Part shown: positions 23,240 to 36,233 of the stretch, in pieces
Layout of the letters: every line of letters begins with the position of its first letter
How positions within the stretch are numbered: the first letter of the stretch is position 1
Assembly: GCA_963575745.1 (NCBI GenBank)
Contig: CAUYUJ010000059.1
Location: forward strand, 620,001-671,256
Length of the DNA: 51,256 nt
Direction: 5' to 3'
Source of the DNA: Prorocentrum cordatum
Taxonomy: Eukaryota
Translations under genes and position numbers: made by a program
The notes under the pieces: model-generated
What the model was told of the DNA's origin: nothing
Seen by the model: only the letters and a program-made list of their open reading frames with translations
The model's database searches: none

Positions 23240-23530
23240 TTGGATCGAGGCTTCACATGATTCTCTTAAAGCCCGATCGAGCCCAAAGAAGATTGCACGG
23301 GAATTGGATCTATGAGAGTTGGGTGGAGCCCTAGTCGGATTCGATTAGAGCTGCATCGTGCCCTGGTAGGACTCCAATTCCAGTAAAGTTGGATCCAACC
23401 CTATAGGAAGTCTATTGGGGCTGGATCCAGCCCCCGTAGGATTCTACAAGAGCTGAATCGAGCCCGAATTGGATCCAATTAAAGCTGGATCGAGGCCTCT
23501 CACGATTCGTGAGAGCTGGATCGAGCTTTA
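23240..23530. repeat. Degenerate ~30-bp tandem repeat with GGATC core and short palindromes
   Basis: Recurrent (c/t)tggatc(g/c)a motif; palindromes at 23388-23399, 23417-23434, 23467-23480 and 23497-23515. Confidence 0.65.
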
Positions 23531-23534
23531 GACC

Positions 23535-23990
23535 ACTGGCGCCGGCGCCAGGTGCGCCGCCGCCGCTGACGTTGTGACTAGCGCCAGCGCTCGCCGTCGT
23601 CGACGTCTTCGTCGTCGTAGGCGTTATTGGCTTGCGTCGCGTTGGAGGGTGGGGGCCAATTCGAGTCCCCCCCTTTGGAAAAGGGGGGGCGCAATTCGAC
23701 CCCCCCCCCGTTGGAGGGTGGTGAGCGGGTAGAGAGACCGATATCCAGGGGGGGCCCCCTCTGGCTTTCAACACGCGCCACCTGTTTTTTTCGGGGGGGG
23801 GGGAGGGGCACTTCTGACATGTCGCGGGACGTTTCCCAAGCAAGTGTCCAAGAAACGCATTCCCTTTACCATACGGAACGCTGAATGAGGAACGAAGGAA
23901 CTTTTCTCGACCTGGCGAGCCTCGGCCGCGAACAGGTTGACCCGACCTAAAACCCAGGGAACGGCCCGAAAAACAAATCCTGAGCCCAAA
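23535..23990 (+). repeat. Diverged relative of the right arm of the 27100-28345 element
   Basis: Shares gccggcgccag...cgccagcgct, paired G/C runs, and gtttcccaagcaagtgtccaagaaacgcattc versus gttcccaaggcaagcggcccgtgaaacgcgttc. Confidence 0.5.
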
Positions 23991-24164
23991 TTGGTCCTTC
24001 TGCCAGCGCCTTGGTTGAGAAGCACCGCGCAGCACCGCCGCTCCGCGGCGCGCCCTCTGCACAGAGGCAGGGGGCGGGCCTCCGCCTGGGAAGCTACAGC
24101 CTGGCAGCTCTCGCGCACGGCACCGCATTGCACCGGCACGAGCTCCGAACATCGGCGGGCGGCG

Positions 24165-24330
24165 GAGGGAGCTGGAGGAGGGAGGGAGGGAGGAGGGAGG
24201 GAGGGAGAGGAGGAGGGAGAGGAGGAGGGAGGGAGAGGAGGAGGGAGAGGAGGAGGGAGAGGAGGAGGGAGAGGAGGAGGGAGGGAGCTGGAGGAGGAGG
24301 GAGAGGAGGGAGGGAGGGAGAGGAGGCGGG
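24165..24330. repeat. (GGA/GGGAGAGGAGGA)n purine tract
   Basis: Directly visible. Confidence 0.9.
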
Positions 24331-25499
24331 AGCTGCGGCCACAGCCACACATGATCGGCGGCAGCTCGGCGGACGCGCACACCCACGACCACTACGACGC
24401 GTCGAGGCAGCCGTCCTCAGCCCAGGGGGGCAGTGTCGCGAGCTTAGACACCCGACGGAAGCGATGATACAACCAGGTATCGCGCTCCGCCACGATGGGG
24501 GCCCCTCCACTCAGCCGCGCACAGGCCCGTGGCACGGGCCAGCTTTCTCGAAGTGCCACTCAATGCGGCCCTTTCCACCAACCCTTTCCACCGGCCTTGA
24601 GGAGAACACCACCCCCAGAAGCCGACGACGGGACCTGCCTCGTGAGGAGGCCTGTCGACGTGCGTCTGCCTCCCCGACCTCTGAGATTGACTCCAACCAC
24701 GACGGGCTCCCAACATTCCGTCCAGGTGCCTTCACACCACGTACCTACATATCGCTCTTCACTTTTCCCCACCACTACGCATTCACTTACACCAGCAAGC
24801 AGCAGCAACGGACTACGACCCTCACTACGGCAGCCAGGGTCCCTCTACCTTCAGCGCGACACGGCATACATCCATGATGGTCCTCCTCCCACCACGGCGA
24901 GCACCACTTCGTCCTCCACCCACCATGTCCGACATATTTTCATACGTGGATGGCCTTGGCGGCGGACATCGTAGAGCGCTACACCAGATCTTATCCCCAC
25001 CACGACCGTCTTCCGACCTATTTCAAACATGGGCGGATGGCTGTCGAGCTAAAGCAATCATAAAAGTTGGCACCGACGAGAATACTACACCGACTATATC
25101 TCAGCACGTCCGCCTCCATGCCAGGCTACATGCTTTTTGTTTTCAGATTTACTCCCATGCCGGCGCCCACTACAGGCCACAGAAGAACATAGAGCCCCCT
25201 CATGCACCTCACCGGTGGCAGGCCTTAATCACTTGCCCCTGTAGGGGTTGGGGCTTCGGAGGCAGCAACGTGAATGGCCAACTATCATGTAGGCAGTATC
25301 GTCATTTTCTTTGGTGTGTTTCCCCACCGGGAGCCATTCACGTGGTATTGTTTCCCCACCGATATCCATATCATTCGACATTCCCGTCACCCGTGGCCGC
25401 CCATTCACCCCTTACGCTTGTCCACTCCACGCCCCACTAATACTTTTGTGATTCTGGTCGATTCAATAAAGTCATCGGCTGTATTTCCACCGAGCTTCC

Positions 25500-28400
25500 G
25501 CTTCTCGGCCTGCTCCTGCTCTTGCTGCTCACACTCGCCTTGCCGTCGCCGATTGTGGCCCGAGCGTTTTTCCGCGAACGTCTGCGACGCCAGCCTCTAC
25601 ATCTGCGGCCTCGACCCTGCCGACGTCAGCGACGTCGGCAGTTCCTCCAACATCCCGGACAGCGTCTGCTACGCCAGATGCGACGTCAGCGACGTCGACT
25701 TCTAGTCCCACGCGTCCAACGCGGCGTCGAGCGACGCCAGCGACGACAGCAGTTGATACATCTTCACCAGCGCGATGGGCGACTATCAGAACGACCGCTC
25801 GTTCGGGGATCGCTCTGCGGTCCCGAGTTGGAACGGCGACCCATCGAAGTCGCGCGACTACAGGCAGGCGGACAAGTTGCAGAAGCTCAGCGAGGATTCA
25901 GAAGTTTCGGGATGACAGGTGTATAACATGGTCTTGAAATTGATGAGCACCGCGCGGTCGGATGCACTCAGCATGGAGGAAACTGGTCTACATGAGGAAC
26001 ATCAACAAGGCGCTGGCGCATGCGTCATCGAGAGCACTCAACATCACTGCCGCCGCCGCGGTGAGCGCATGACCGATTCGCTCGCCAGCTTCGACCTGGG
26101 ACTACGACAGCCGCGCGAGAACGAGTTATACCTAAACCAGCTCGACGACGCGGCCCGGCGGCTCCTGCCGCAAGAGGCTGGCCTACGCGCAGATCGACGC
26201 GAGCGCGTCATCGGCGACATACCTGACGAGCACTAAAGCTTCGCCATCATCGGGAACCTGCACATCCGCATGTTGGCCCCCGTCATCAACTCTCAGGAGC
26301 GGACGCGTTCGCTACCCTCGCGACCTCGACGCTTCGCGACCTCCCGACAGGTCAAGTCGGCCGCCTCCGCTGAGCGGAGGCCAATCTGCCAGCGCGGCGG
26401 GCGAGGCGGAGGAGGCCGACGAGGGGCCCGACGAGGGCGGCGAGGACGAGGGCGCGCAGGACGACGCACAGAACGCGGCATGCCACGAGCCCGAAGCGTT
26501 CAGCATGGAGCCACCGAGGTGTTCGGCAATGAGGACAGACGCCCCCGGGCTGGAGGCGGCCGCGACAGGACTAACCAATATCCCCGAGGCCACGGCCACG
26601 ATTCGCGCCGCTCGCGACGTCGTCAAGAGCGGCGAGGGGGGCGGCCGCGAAGGGCGCGGCGCTGCCCCGGGGCGAGGAGCGCCAAAGGTCGGCACGCTTC
26701 GAAGGAGCATCGACCAGCGGATAAAATCATCAGCTAGCTGGGACTGCGGCGGCCCAGAACACGAGGCGGGCGTCGCCAAGCGCGCGACGCCCGGAGCTCG
26801 AGAATTCGCAACCAGGGGACGGGCCCAGGCCCGCGGAGGCCGAGGTCGCGCGGATCGATCGGCCCAGATCACCGATCCCGTCGAGGCGCCCGAGCTACAT
26901 CTTCAAGGGCTGGTCGCGCCACCGCCAGTACCCGAGCGTTCGGTGTCCGAGCGGGTCGCGCCGGACATGCCCATCGCTATCACTGCCAATTCTGGGAATC
27001 TCGTGGCGGACGAAAGCCTGGACGCGGTCGACGCCCCTTGCTTGTTCTGCGTGGCTGGCCAGCTCGGGTGCAATAGCTACATGGCCACGCTCGACGCGTT
27101 GGATTTGGCCGACCGAAAGAGCGCGTTCTGCGGTCGCTTGGAGGGGGGGTTGGAGCCGGACCCCCCCCCCCCTCCTACTTCTCCACTCTCCCTCTCCTCG
27201 GATGGCGGTGGCGGCGGCGGGGACGACGATCTCCTTTTCTGGGCCGGCGCCGGCACCTGCGGCGGCGGGCGGCGGCGGCGGGGAGCGTCGACGAAGACGA
27301 CGGTGGTGGTAGTGGTGGGTTGTAGTGGTGGTGGTGGCGGTGGTGGATGGTGGTGGTGGTGGTGGTGGTTGTGGTGGTGGTGTGGTGATTTGTTGTGGTG
27401 GTGGTAGTGGTGGTTGTGGTGGTTGTGGTGGTGGATGGTGGTGGTTGTGGTGGTGTGGTGGTGGTGTTGTGGTGGTTTGTGGTGATGGTGGTGGTGGGTT
27501 GTGATGGTGGTGGTGGTGTTGTGGTGGTTTGTGGTGTTGGTGGTGTTGGTGGTGGTGGTCGTGGGTTGTGGTGGTGGCGGTGGTTTGTGGAAGTGGTGCT
27601 GGTGGTGGTGGTGCTGGCGATGGTGGTGGTGGTGTGGTGATTTGTGGTGGTGGTGGGTTGTGCTGCTGGTTGTGGTGGTGGTTGTGGCGGTGGTGGTGGT
27701 GGCGTGGTAGATTGTGGTGGTGGTGGTGGTGGTGGAGGTAGTGGTGGTGGGTTTTTGTGGTGGTGGTGGTGGTGAAGGTGAGTTGTGGTGGTGGTGGTTG
27801 TGGTGGTTGTGGTGGCTGTGGCGGCGATGGTGGTGGTTGTGTGGTGGGTTGTTGGTGGTGGTGGTGGGTTGAGGCGGTGGTTGTGGTGGTAGTGGTGGTG
27901 GTGGTGGTACTGGTGGTTATCGTCGCTGCGTCCCCGCTGTCGCCGGCGCCAGCTCCAGCGGTGCTGGCCGCCGCCAGCGCTGGCGCCAGCGCCAGGGGGG
28001 GGGGAGTGGGGGGCGTTGAAACCCCCCCCCCTCGGCGCCAAGGGGGGCGAGGGGTTTGGACACCCCTCCCTCCTTGGGCTGCCTGCGGTCATCGTCGCCG
28101 CATCCCCGCCGTCGGCGGTGCTGGCGGCCGCCCGCGCCGGCGCCTGGAAGGGGGGGGGGTTCAACCCCCCCCCTTTTTTCTTGGGAGTGGAGGAGAGGGG
28201 GGGTTATGGGGGGGAGGGGAGCCCCCCTGGTTTTGATCGACAGCGCCGAGTGCTGGGGGGGGGGCCACCCCCGGTTCGAAACGCGCCGCCGAATGTTCCC
28301 AAGGCAAGCGGCCCGTGAAACGCGTTCTTTCGGCCGACCTGATCCATGGCGAGACCGAGAAGGAACCCGAGAACGAATTCTACCGGTTCGGGACCAGAGG

Positions 28401-31400
28401 TGCCCCACGGTGACGGCGCCATCCTTTTTTGCGGCCCAGCAGGTAGAATCGCGTGCAGCGTAGGCGACAGTCCCACGCTCGGCCTCCTTACCGACCGAAA
28501 GAGCGCGTTCTGCGGTCGCTTGGAGGGGGGGTTGGAGCCGGACCCCCCCCCCCTCCTACTTCTCCACTCTCCCTCTCCTCGGATGGCGGTGGCGGCGGCG
28601 GGGACGACGATCTCCTTTTCTGGGCCGGCGCCGGCACCTGCGGCGGCGGGCGGCGGCGGCGGGGAGCGTCGACGAAGACGACGGTGGTGGTAGTGGTGGG
28701 TTGTAGTGGTGGTGGTGGCGGTGGTGGATGGTGGTGGTGGTGGTGGTTGTGGTGGTGGTGTGGTGATTTGTTGTGGTGGTGGTAGTGGTGGTTGTGGTGG
28801 TTTGGTGGTGGATGGTGGTGGTTGTGGTGGTGTGGTGGTGGTGTTGTGGTGGTTTGTGGTGATGGTGGTGGTGGGTTGTGATGGTGGTGGTGGTGTTGTG
28901 GTGGTTTGTGGTGTTGGTGGTGTTGGTGGTGGTGGTCGTGGGTTGTGGTGGTGGCGGTGGTTTGTGGAAGTGGTGCTGGTGGTGGTGGTGCTGGCGATGG
29001 TGGTGGTGGTGTGGTGATTTGTGGTGGTGGTGGGTTGTGCTGCTGGTTGTGGTGGTGGTTGTGGCGGTGGTGGTGGTGGCGTGGTAGATTGTGGTGGTGG
29101 TGGTGGTGGTGGAGGTAGTGGTGGTGGGTTTTTGTGGTGGTGGTGGTGGTGAAGGTGAGTTGTGGTGGTGGTGGTTGTGGTGGTTGTGGTGGCTGTGGCG
29201 GCGATGGTGGTGGTTGTGTGGTGGGTTGTTGGTGGTGGTGGTGGGTTGAGGCGGTGGTTGTGGTGGTAGTGGTGGTGGTGGTGGTACTGGTGGTTATCGT
29301 CGCTGCGTCCCCGCTGTCGCCGGCGCCAGCTCCAGCGGTGCTGGCCGCCGCCAGCGCTGGCGCCAGCGCCAGGGGGGGGGGAGTGGGGGGCGTTGAAACC
29401 CCCCCCCCTCGGCGCCAAGGGGGGCGAGGGGTTTGGACACCCCTCCCTCCTTGGGCTGCCTGCGGTCATCGTCGCCGCATCCCCGCCGTCGGCGGTGCTG
29501 GCGGCCGCCCGCGCCGGCGCCTGGAAGGGGGGGGGGTTCAACCCCCCCCCTTTTTTCTTGGGAGTGGAGGAGAGGGGGGGTTATGGGGGGGAGGGGAGCC
29601 CCCCTGGTTTTGATCGACAGCGCCGAGTGCTGGGGGGGGGGCCACCCCCGGTTCGAAACGCGCCGCCGAATGTTCCCAAGGCAAGCGGCCCGTGAAACGC
29701 GTTCTTTCGGCCGACCTGATCCATGGCGAGACCGAGAAGGAACCCGAGAACGAATTCTACCGGTTCGGGACCAGAGGTGCCCCACGGTGACGGCGCCATC
29801 CTTTTTTGCGGCCTAGCAGGTAGAATCGCGTGCAGCGTAGGCGACAGTCCCACGCTCGGCCTCCTTACCGGCGGGGACTCAATCAGACCTCCACGCTCTA
29901 CATCTCCCTCTGGAAGGGCAAGGTCGGCATCGGGGCAAAGCCCCAGAAGCTCGCGACAGTCAGCGCCGGGCATCGAGCCATCAAGCTCCAGCCCGAGGAT
30001 TGGAAGACGACGAGGCCGGCTGGACAGGAGCCCGGCCCGCCGTCGCAGGCAGACACGACTCCGAGGGCCACGGCTGCAAAGAGGTCGACCTGTCCAGCCC
30101 CCAGTGCGAACATCACCACCACTGGGGCGGATCTGGAGCCCATGAATAAGTTCATCGCCACCGAGAAGGAGGTCAACATCCCGAAAAGGCCCAAGACTCG
30201 ACGGCGACCGAAGCCGAAGCTCATGAACGCGATCGCGTCTTCCTGCGCGCGCTACACGGGCGCCCCGGGCCCAGGAGCCCCGACGCAGGTCGAGAGCCTC
30301 GTTATAATCGACCAACTACCTACCGCGTGCTCGACAGAGCAGACGCCCGGCGCGCGTCGCGCGGCACAGTCACACGCGAGTCCTGTCACAGCCTGAGCTT
30401 CTGCTCGGGCCGCGTCTCCGGGGCATCGGCAGAGCTCCAACAGCCCGATGAGGGGCCCACTGCCGAGGCCAACACTGCGGAGCAGGAACAGCTCATGCGG
30501 GGGGAGATCACAGAGAGCACCAGACCGTCCCTCACAGCTGGGAGGCAGAAAGCCCTCGTCGCCAACAGGGACGGACTGCGGTCGCAAAGAGTCAGCCAGG
30601 CGCTCCGGACGGACGCGGCCAGGTCCGCCGCATCGTCAGATTTGCCCAGCACCAAGAGCACCACGGCGTCCTACTGGCGGGCTGCAACCCGAACAGCGCC
30701 CTCTCTTCTCCGTGGAGACGGCAGGGAGGAGCAGCAGTACGACTCGGTTTGGCTGGCCACGGCTTGCCCAAGGGCTTCGTTGTCGACAAGATGGAGAGGC
30801 GCACCCAACAGGTCCTGCACCAAGGGAAGCGCACGCGGAGCCACGCCGCCTTCTCCTGCAGACCGTGGACGTCACTGCAGCTGCTGCTGCCCCATCAGAA
30901 TCCGGACCACAAAAAGGCGCTCGCCACCGAGGGGGGGAGCTTCAGCTGGCGCGATCAAGCTCTTCCTGGACCGCGGCACGCCTCCGTCGCAAGTTCGGTG
31001 TTCAGCTCGCCGCTGCCTCCGCAGCTCGCCGCTGCCTCCGAGTAGCCTCGCCGCTGCCGGGACCGGGGGCCCCAGGGAGGGCGCCGTGGCCGCGCGGCCG
31101 CGCAGGGAGCTGCCCACGGTGGTCGATTTCGACGGTTGCGCCCTCGGACCCGTCAGCAATAAAAGGAACACCATGGAAGAGCCCTTGCGAATCGTCACGG
31201 ATCACAGTGGATTGACGATTCCACGCGCATGTTCTGCAACCAGCGTCACCGACGCGCCGAAGCTCGAGGGCGCGAAGGGAAGCGCAGCGCAGCGAACACG
31301 TTGGCCAAGCAGCTGAGGCGGCCCAAGCCAGGACCGCAACGCCAGGCCAACCCCAACCTCCACTGCGGGGAAGACACCAAGGATGCCAGCGGCACCTCAG

Positions 31401-31660
31401 GAGCCGCCGGTGACAGCAGCTGAGAAGCGAGCCTTGAAGTCCGCCGTGACGGAGCTCCATGTCACCAAGGAGCACCCGTCCAACGACGCATTGGACCGTG
31501 GGATACGGGCCACGGGAGGCACACAACGAGTTGTCGAAGCCGCTGTAACCCTCCACTGCGAAGTGCGCGCTGCACATCAGCGCGCACTACCTAATCTACC
31601 AGGGCAAATTCGGTTAGATCGAGACTTCAACGACCTCCATCGGCGTCCACATCTTTACGC
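25500..31660 (+). mobile_element. Probable decayed retroelement-derived coding sequence split by the duplicated GGT element
   Basis: Coding-like + strand text on both sides of 27100-29867: ...VIGDIPDEH*SFAIIGNL, IAITANSGNL (EN N-terminus-like), and a frameshifted GGD(F)N-like motif at ~29870-29883. Motifs weak; boundaries rough. Confidence 0.3.
27109..29867. repeat. Near-identical tandem duplication (27109-28490 and 28491-29867) of an inverted-repeat element with a (GGT)n core
   Basis: Both copies start ccgaccgaaagagcgcgttctgcggtcgcttgg and end cccacgctcggcctcctta. CCG microhomology at junctions. Lengths 1382 and 1377 bp; identical ORFs in the track are offset by 1377. Confidence 0.95.
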
Positions 31661-32214
31661 TGGCCGACTACGCCGGGAACCATTTGAAATTCATCCATAT
31701 TGTCGACCTGGCTCGGACTTCACCATGGCTGGGGCCGTCGCTAGGAGACACCCGCCCGCTTTTTTCGCCCGGTCCTTCAAGTCTGGACCACGCCGTTCGG
31801 AGCAGCCAGATTGGCCCCACCCCAAACGGAGGATGGGGAGTTCGAGCGCGAGTTTCCGAATAAGCTCGAGGACATGGGCCGCAGATTGATGACCATTTTT
31901 GGGAGCCACCCCGTAGCAGAACGCCACGGTAGGCGCCACGACGGGGAGCCGTTTCGAGGGAATCCCTATGGATTGGAGGTGAGAAGCCCCCACGCCATCC
32001 CACCTACGGCAAGGGCGGCCGTGGCCAGCGCTTGCGGCGCCCAACACTTTGCACACGATGTCCTTCTCAGTCTCCACCCCTTTTTTTGGTCGGTATCCAT
32101 CCCATTGTCTTCCTCCCACTTCAACCACCGCCAACTGCTGCCTAAGCCTGCCGCCCTCCACAACCTCTTCCCTCCCTCTGTTGGCTGATTTAATTGCAGC
32201 ATCGTCAAGCGACA

Positions 32215-32445
32215 CGGAGGAGGAGGAGGAGGAAACTGAGAGGGAGACGGATGGGGAGGGGAGGAGGAGGTCGCGAGGAGGGAGAAGGGGAGGGAGGGAG
32301 GGAGGGAGGGAGGGAGGGAGGGAGGGAGGGATGGATGGATGGATGGGTGGATGGATGGATGGATTGATGGATGGATGGATGGATGGATGGATGGATGGAA
32401 AGAGGAGGAGGAGAAGAGGAGAGGAGGGAGTGGGAGGAGGGTTGA
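32215..32445. repeat. Compound (GGA)n/(GGGA)n/(GGAT)n microsatellite
   Basis: Directly visible. Confidence 0.9.
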
Positions 32446-32694
32446 TGAAAGGACGATGCCACCATGAGAAGAATATCACAGTTGCCTCACACCCTTGGCT
32501 TCCGAATAGTTAACCCATGGATCCCCGTTCCGAACGACTTTGCGCCCACTGGGGGAGGGGAAGGGGAATAGGGGGGGATGTGAGCATCCTGGCCCTTGGT
32601 CGGGATCTCCCTTGACGCATTTGGTTACAAACAACAAGGTCGATCCCACCCGGCAGCGTACCCGCTGCGATCCCCAAGCCGTTGCGCCCCCGAG

Positions 32695-32765
32695 GAGAAC
32701 TGCAGGCGCTCGTGGAGAAGTACAATTCGCCAGACGCCGACCGCGTGGCGAGGCTCAATGCGAAG
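32695..32765 (+). CDS. VAMP7: VAMP7-like R-SNARE exon
   Basis: GAG acceptor, GC donor 32766-32767. Reads (G)ELQALVEKYNSPDADRVARLNAK, similar to the VAMP7-type Y...P.ADR segment before the SNARE coil. Confidence 0.8.
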
Positions 32766-32789
32766 GCCAGGTCGGGGGAGACGAAAATG

Positions 32790-33160
32790 GAAGAGGAGGA
32801 GGAGGAGGGAGGAAGGAAGGAAGGAAGGAAGGAAGGAAGGAGAGGAGGAAGGAAGCAAAGAAGGAGGGGGAGGAGGTGAACGAACTGAAAATGGGAGTGG
32901 GGAGGAAGAAGGAGGGACGGGGGAACGGAGGGACGGAGGGACGGAGGAGGAGGAGGAGGAGGAGGAGGAGGAGAAGAAGGAGTTAGGAGGGACGAGGACG
33001 AGGAGGACGAGGGAGGAGGAGGTGGAGACGGAGGACACGGAGGAGGAGAAGGAGGGGGAGGGAGGAGGAGGCGGAGGAGGAGGAGAGGAAGGAGAAGGAC
33101 AAGGGGGCGAGGAGAAGGAGGAGGGAGGAGGCAGGGGGAAGAGGGAGAAGGGATGGAGGA
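32790..33160. repeat. (GGA)n/(GGAA)n purine tract just 3' of a VAMP7 donor
   Basis: Directly visible. Confidence 0.9.
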
Positions 33161-33649
33161 TCATGTCCAGGTCTCGCTCCTTCCTCGGCCAGCATTGCCT
33201 CCCGCCTCGGGAGCAGCGTTCGCTTGTTTTCGCACCGTCCGCCTCGTTTAGTCGAGGGGTGCTCGGAATTCGGGGATGAGGTTGATGGCCCTGTTCCTTG
33301 TTCCTCATCCTACCGTCAACCCGCATAGCAAGGATGAGCAACTTTCCAAGGCCCACCCTTGCATCCTTCCCCTCTGGCCCATCCTCGGACGCTTCCGCTG
33401 GCCGCGCCCCGCCCGCAAAGTGCCGGCATGGCCTTTCAAGGCCATTGCATTATGATAGCGCATCCTGACTATGCGGGTTGACTGAACTCCTCCTCCCCCT
33501 CCGTATCCACGCGATTGCCTTTCTGACGCCGTGGTTGCTCCTCTGGACAGCCCTACATGCTGTTTCGCTGGCGCGGCTCCACCCTTCCGGACTCACACTT
33601 CATCCCTCGGGACCTTGTATTTATCTTGATCATCATTTTCCGCATCTTC

Positions 33650-33687
33650 ACCCTCATCATCACCAGCAGCAGCAGCAGCAGCAGCAC

Positions 33688-33758
<71 letters not shown>

Positions 33759-33801
33759 CCATCACCATCAGTAACAACATCATCGTTATCGTTATCGATC
33801 G

Positions 33802-33832
<31 letters not shown>

Positions 33833-33940
33833 AGCATCATCATCATCTGCAGCATCATCATCATCTACATCATCGGCAGCATCAGCAGCAGTATCATCAT
33901 CATATCGTCATTACCATTTATCATCATCAGCAGCAGCATC
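33650..33940. repeat. (CAT)n/(CAG)n microsatellite
   Basis: Directly visible. Confidence 0.95.
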
Positions 33941-34003
33941 CAATCCCTCATTCCCTCCTCACCCTCATCTTATGATCGTCCTTTCTCACATCCTCCGGCA
34001 GAG

Positions 34004-34070
34004 GTGGCGGACATCAACGACAGACTCATGGAGAGCGTCGACAAGATCTTGGAGAGGCAAGAGCGGATAG
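34004..34070 (+). CDS. VAMP7: VAMP7-like R-SNARE exon (SNARE motif with zero-layer Arg)
   Basis: GAG acceptor, GC donor 34071-34072. Reads VADINDRLMESVDKILERQERI, matching synaptobrevin consensus M.ENIDKVLERGE.I. Confidence 0.88.
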
Positions 34071-34113
34071 GCGGCACGCTTTGGGTCTCCAGACCTGCAC
34101 AGAAAACAAGGTT

Positions 34114-34451
34114 GAGGAGGAGGAGGAGGAGAAGGAGAAGGAGGAGGAGGAGGAGGAGGAGGAGGAGGAGGGGGAGGGGGAGGGGAGGAGGACGACGGGA
34201 GTGTATGAGGAGGAGGAGGAGGAGGAGGAGGAACACGAGCGAGCAGAGGAGCGAGGAGATGAAGGGGGAGAAGGAAAAGGGGCTAGAAAGTTTCTGGCTC
34301 TCTCCCTTCCCAGGGGAGGAGGGGATGCTTGTGGCCTCCGTTTCCTCCCTCATCCTCCCCATCCTTACCCTCCTCACTCCTCCTTTTCCTCCCTCATCCT
34401 CCTGCTCCTCCTCCTCCTCATCATCACCATCATCATCAGCATCAGCATCAG

Positions 34452-34502
<51 letters not shown>

Positions 34503-34900
34503 TATCATTATCATCATCATCATCCGCCTCCTCCTACTCCTCCCCCTCCTCCTCCTCCTCCTCTTCCTCCTCCTCCTCAAGTGCGACCGCAATCCGTGCT
34601 CTTCCGCGTTCCTCGATTCTTCGTTCTCTCACTATGAGCTACAGTCGCTCATTCCGTTGGGCTCCTCCTCCTCAGACTCATCCTCATCCTCATCCTCATC
34701 CTCTCCTCACTGTCCCTCCTCTCTCTCATCCTCGTCCGCACCAGCGGCAAATGCGCGTTGACGCATACGAAAAGCCCACACCCGCCTCGTCGTCCTACTT
34801 CCCGTTCTCCTCCTATCGCTCCTCACTGCCCCTCCCCCACGCCTCGTCCTCCTCGTCGTCGTCCTCCTCCTCCTCCTCCCCCTCCTCCTCCTCCTCCACT
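34114..34900. repeat. (GAG)n tract followed by (CCT)n/(CAT)n tracts
   Basis: Purine tract 34114-34290; pyrimidine and CAT tracts 34340-34900. Confidence 0.9.
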
Positions 34901-35939
34901 TGGCACCTGGCACCTGCTGGCATCGGTGTCTTCTGACGCTGCTGGCCGCCGCGCTGGCAGGGGGGGCGGCGAGGGACGAGAGAGGCGGGGAGACGCACCG
35001 AGCGGCCCGAAAGGGAGGACGGGACGGGCCCGAGCGCACGGACCGACGCACGACGAAAGGAAGCGGGAGGAGGGAGGAAAGGGGGCCCCCCAAGCACGGA
35101 GAGGCCAACGAAGCCCCCCCAGGGAAAGCGGGGGAGGGAGAAGAGCGAGCGAAAGAAAGGAGGGAGGGGCAAGTTGGGCGCGCTCGCGTCAGATCTGACG
35201 TCCTGCCCCTCCCTCCCACATCCCTTACCATGGCGCAGATATCCTCTCTATTCGCACAGTCGGATGTCGACCAGGGCGATGGTCGCGAGAGGGTGCGCGA
35301 TGCATGGTAAAGCACGTCATGGCATGGCGTAGAAGAGCACGGCAGAGCGCAGCATGCCATAGCATGGCGTGGCATTGCGCAGTGAAGCATTGCATCACAA
35401 AGCATTGCAACGCAAAGCATGGCATCGCACAGCGGCGCAGAACACAACACCGCACAGCATGTCATGGCATGGCCCCGGGGTCCTTGGAGGGGAAGTGGAT
35501 CGTCTTCGAGAGGTCTGGGCCGGTCTGGGGTCGTGGCTCCATGTCTAGCTCCTTGGGCTCCCCACAAGCTCTACACAAGACGGGGCTGGCGAAGAGCACC
35601 CGCTGGCTCTGCTTTCAACATCGCCTTCTCTAAGCAGTAACAGGGCTCCCGCTTGATACTTCCTGGGAGGGAGGGCTTCTTCGGCCCAAAAAAACAACGA
35701 ATCGGCACCGAATGTGTAATCATTTCCGATTGTTTTTTTCGGGGGGCATTTTTTTGATTTTGGGACCTACTTGGAAGGACCGAGGACGCCCGCGCTGCAG
35801 CGGGAGCACGACTTGGAACAGCCACAGGCGCAGAAATGGGGCCAGCAAACCAAAAACACAAACGAGAACACGTTTCCCGGGAATCCGGTGTGTTAGAAAC
35901 TATACGCTGAGGGGGGCCCAGACATCTTCCGGACGTCAT

Positions 35940-36197
35940 CAGGGGCGATAGGAGAGCAGTGTTCATATTGTGTCCGTGTGGACGGCGAAAAAGGTGGCCT
36001 TTCCGCGCACGGGGGTTTGCCCCTCTGGCGGCCGCGGGTCCAGCTCCCTCTGGGAAACCCCCGCGTCCTCGGTGGGGCGACGACGATGAAGAAGCCGTCC
36101 TTTGGTGGTGCTCCCAGCCCGGGTCGGCGCGGTCAGGGTCGGGGTAGTTGTCTCCGCAGTTGCGCTCGTGGCAGTGGGCGGGCCTCCTCCCCTTCCT

Positions 36198-36233
<36 letters not shown>

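Noticed and set aside
27175..29541. Thr/Pro/His-rich mucin-like ORFs on the minus strand
   Set aside because: Translations of the (ACC)n/(GGT)n core of the duplicated element.
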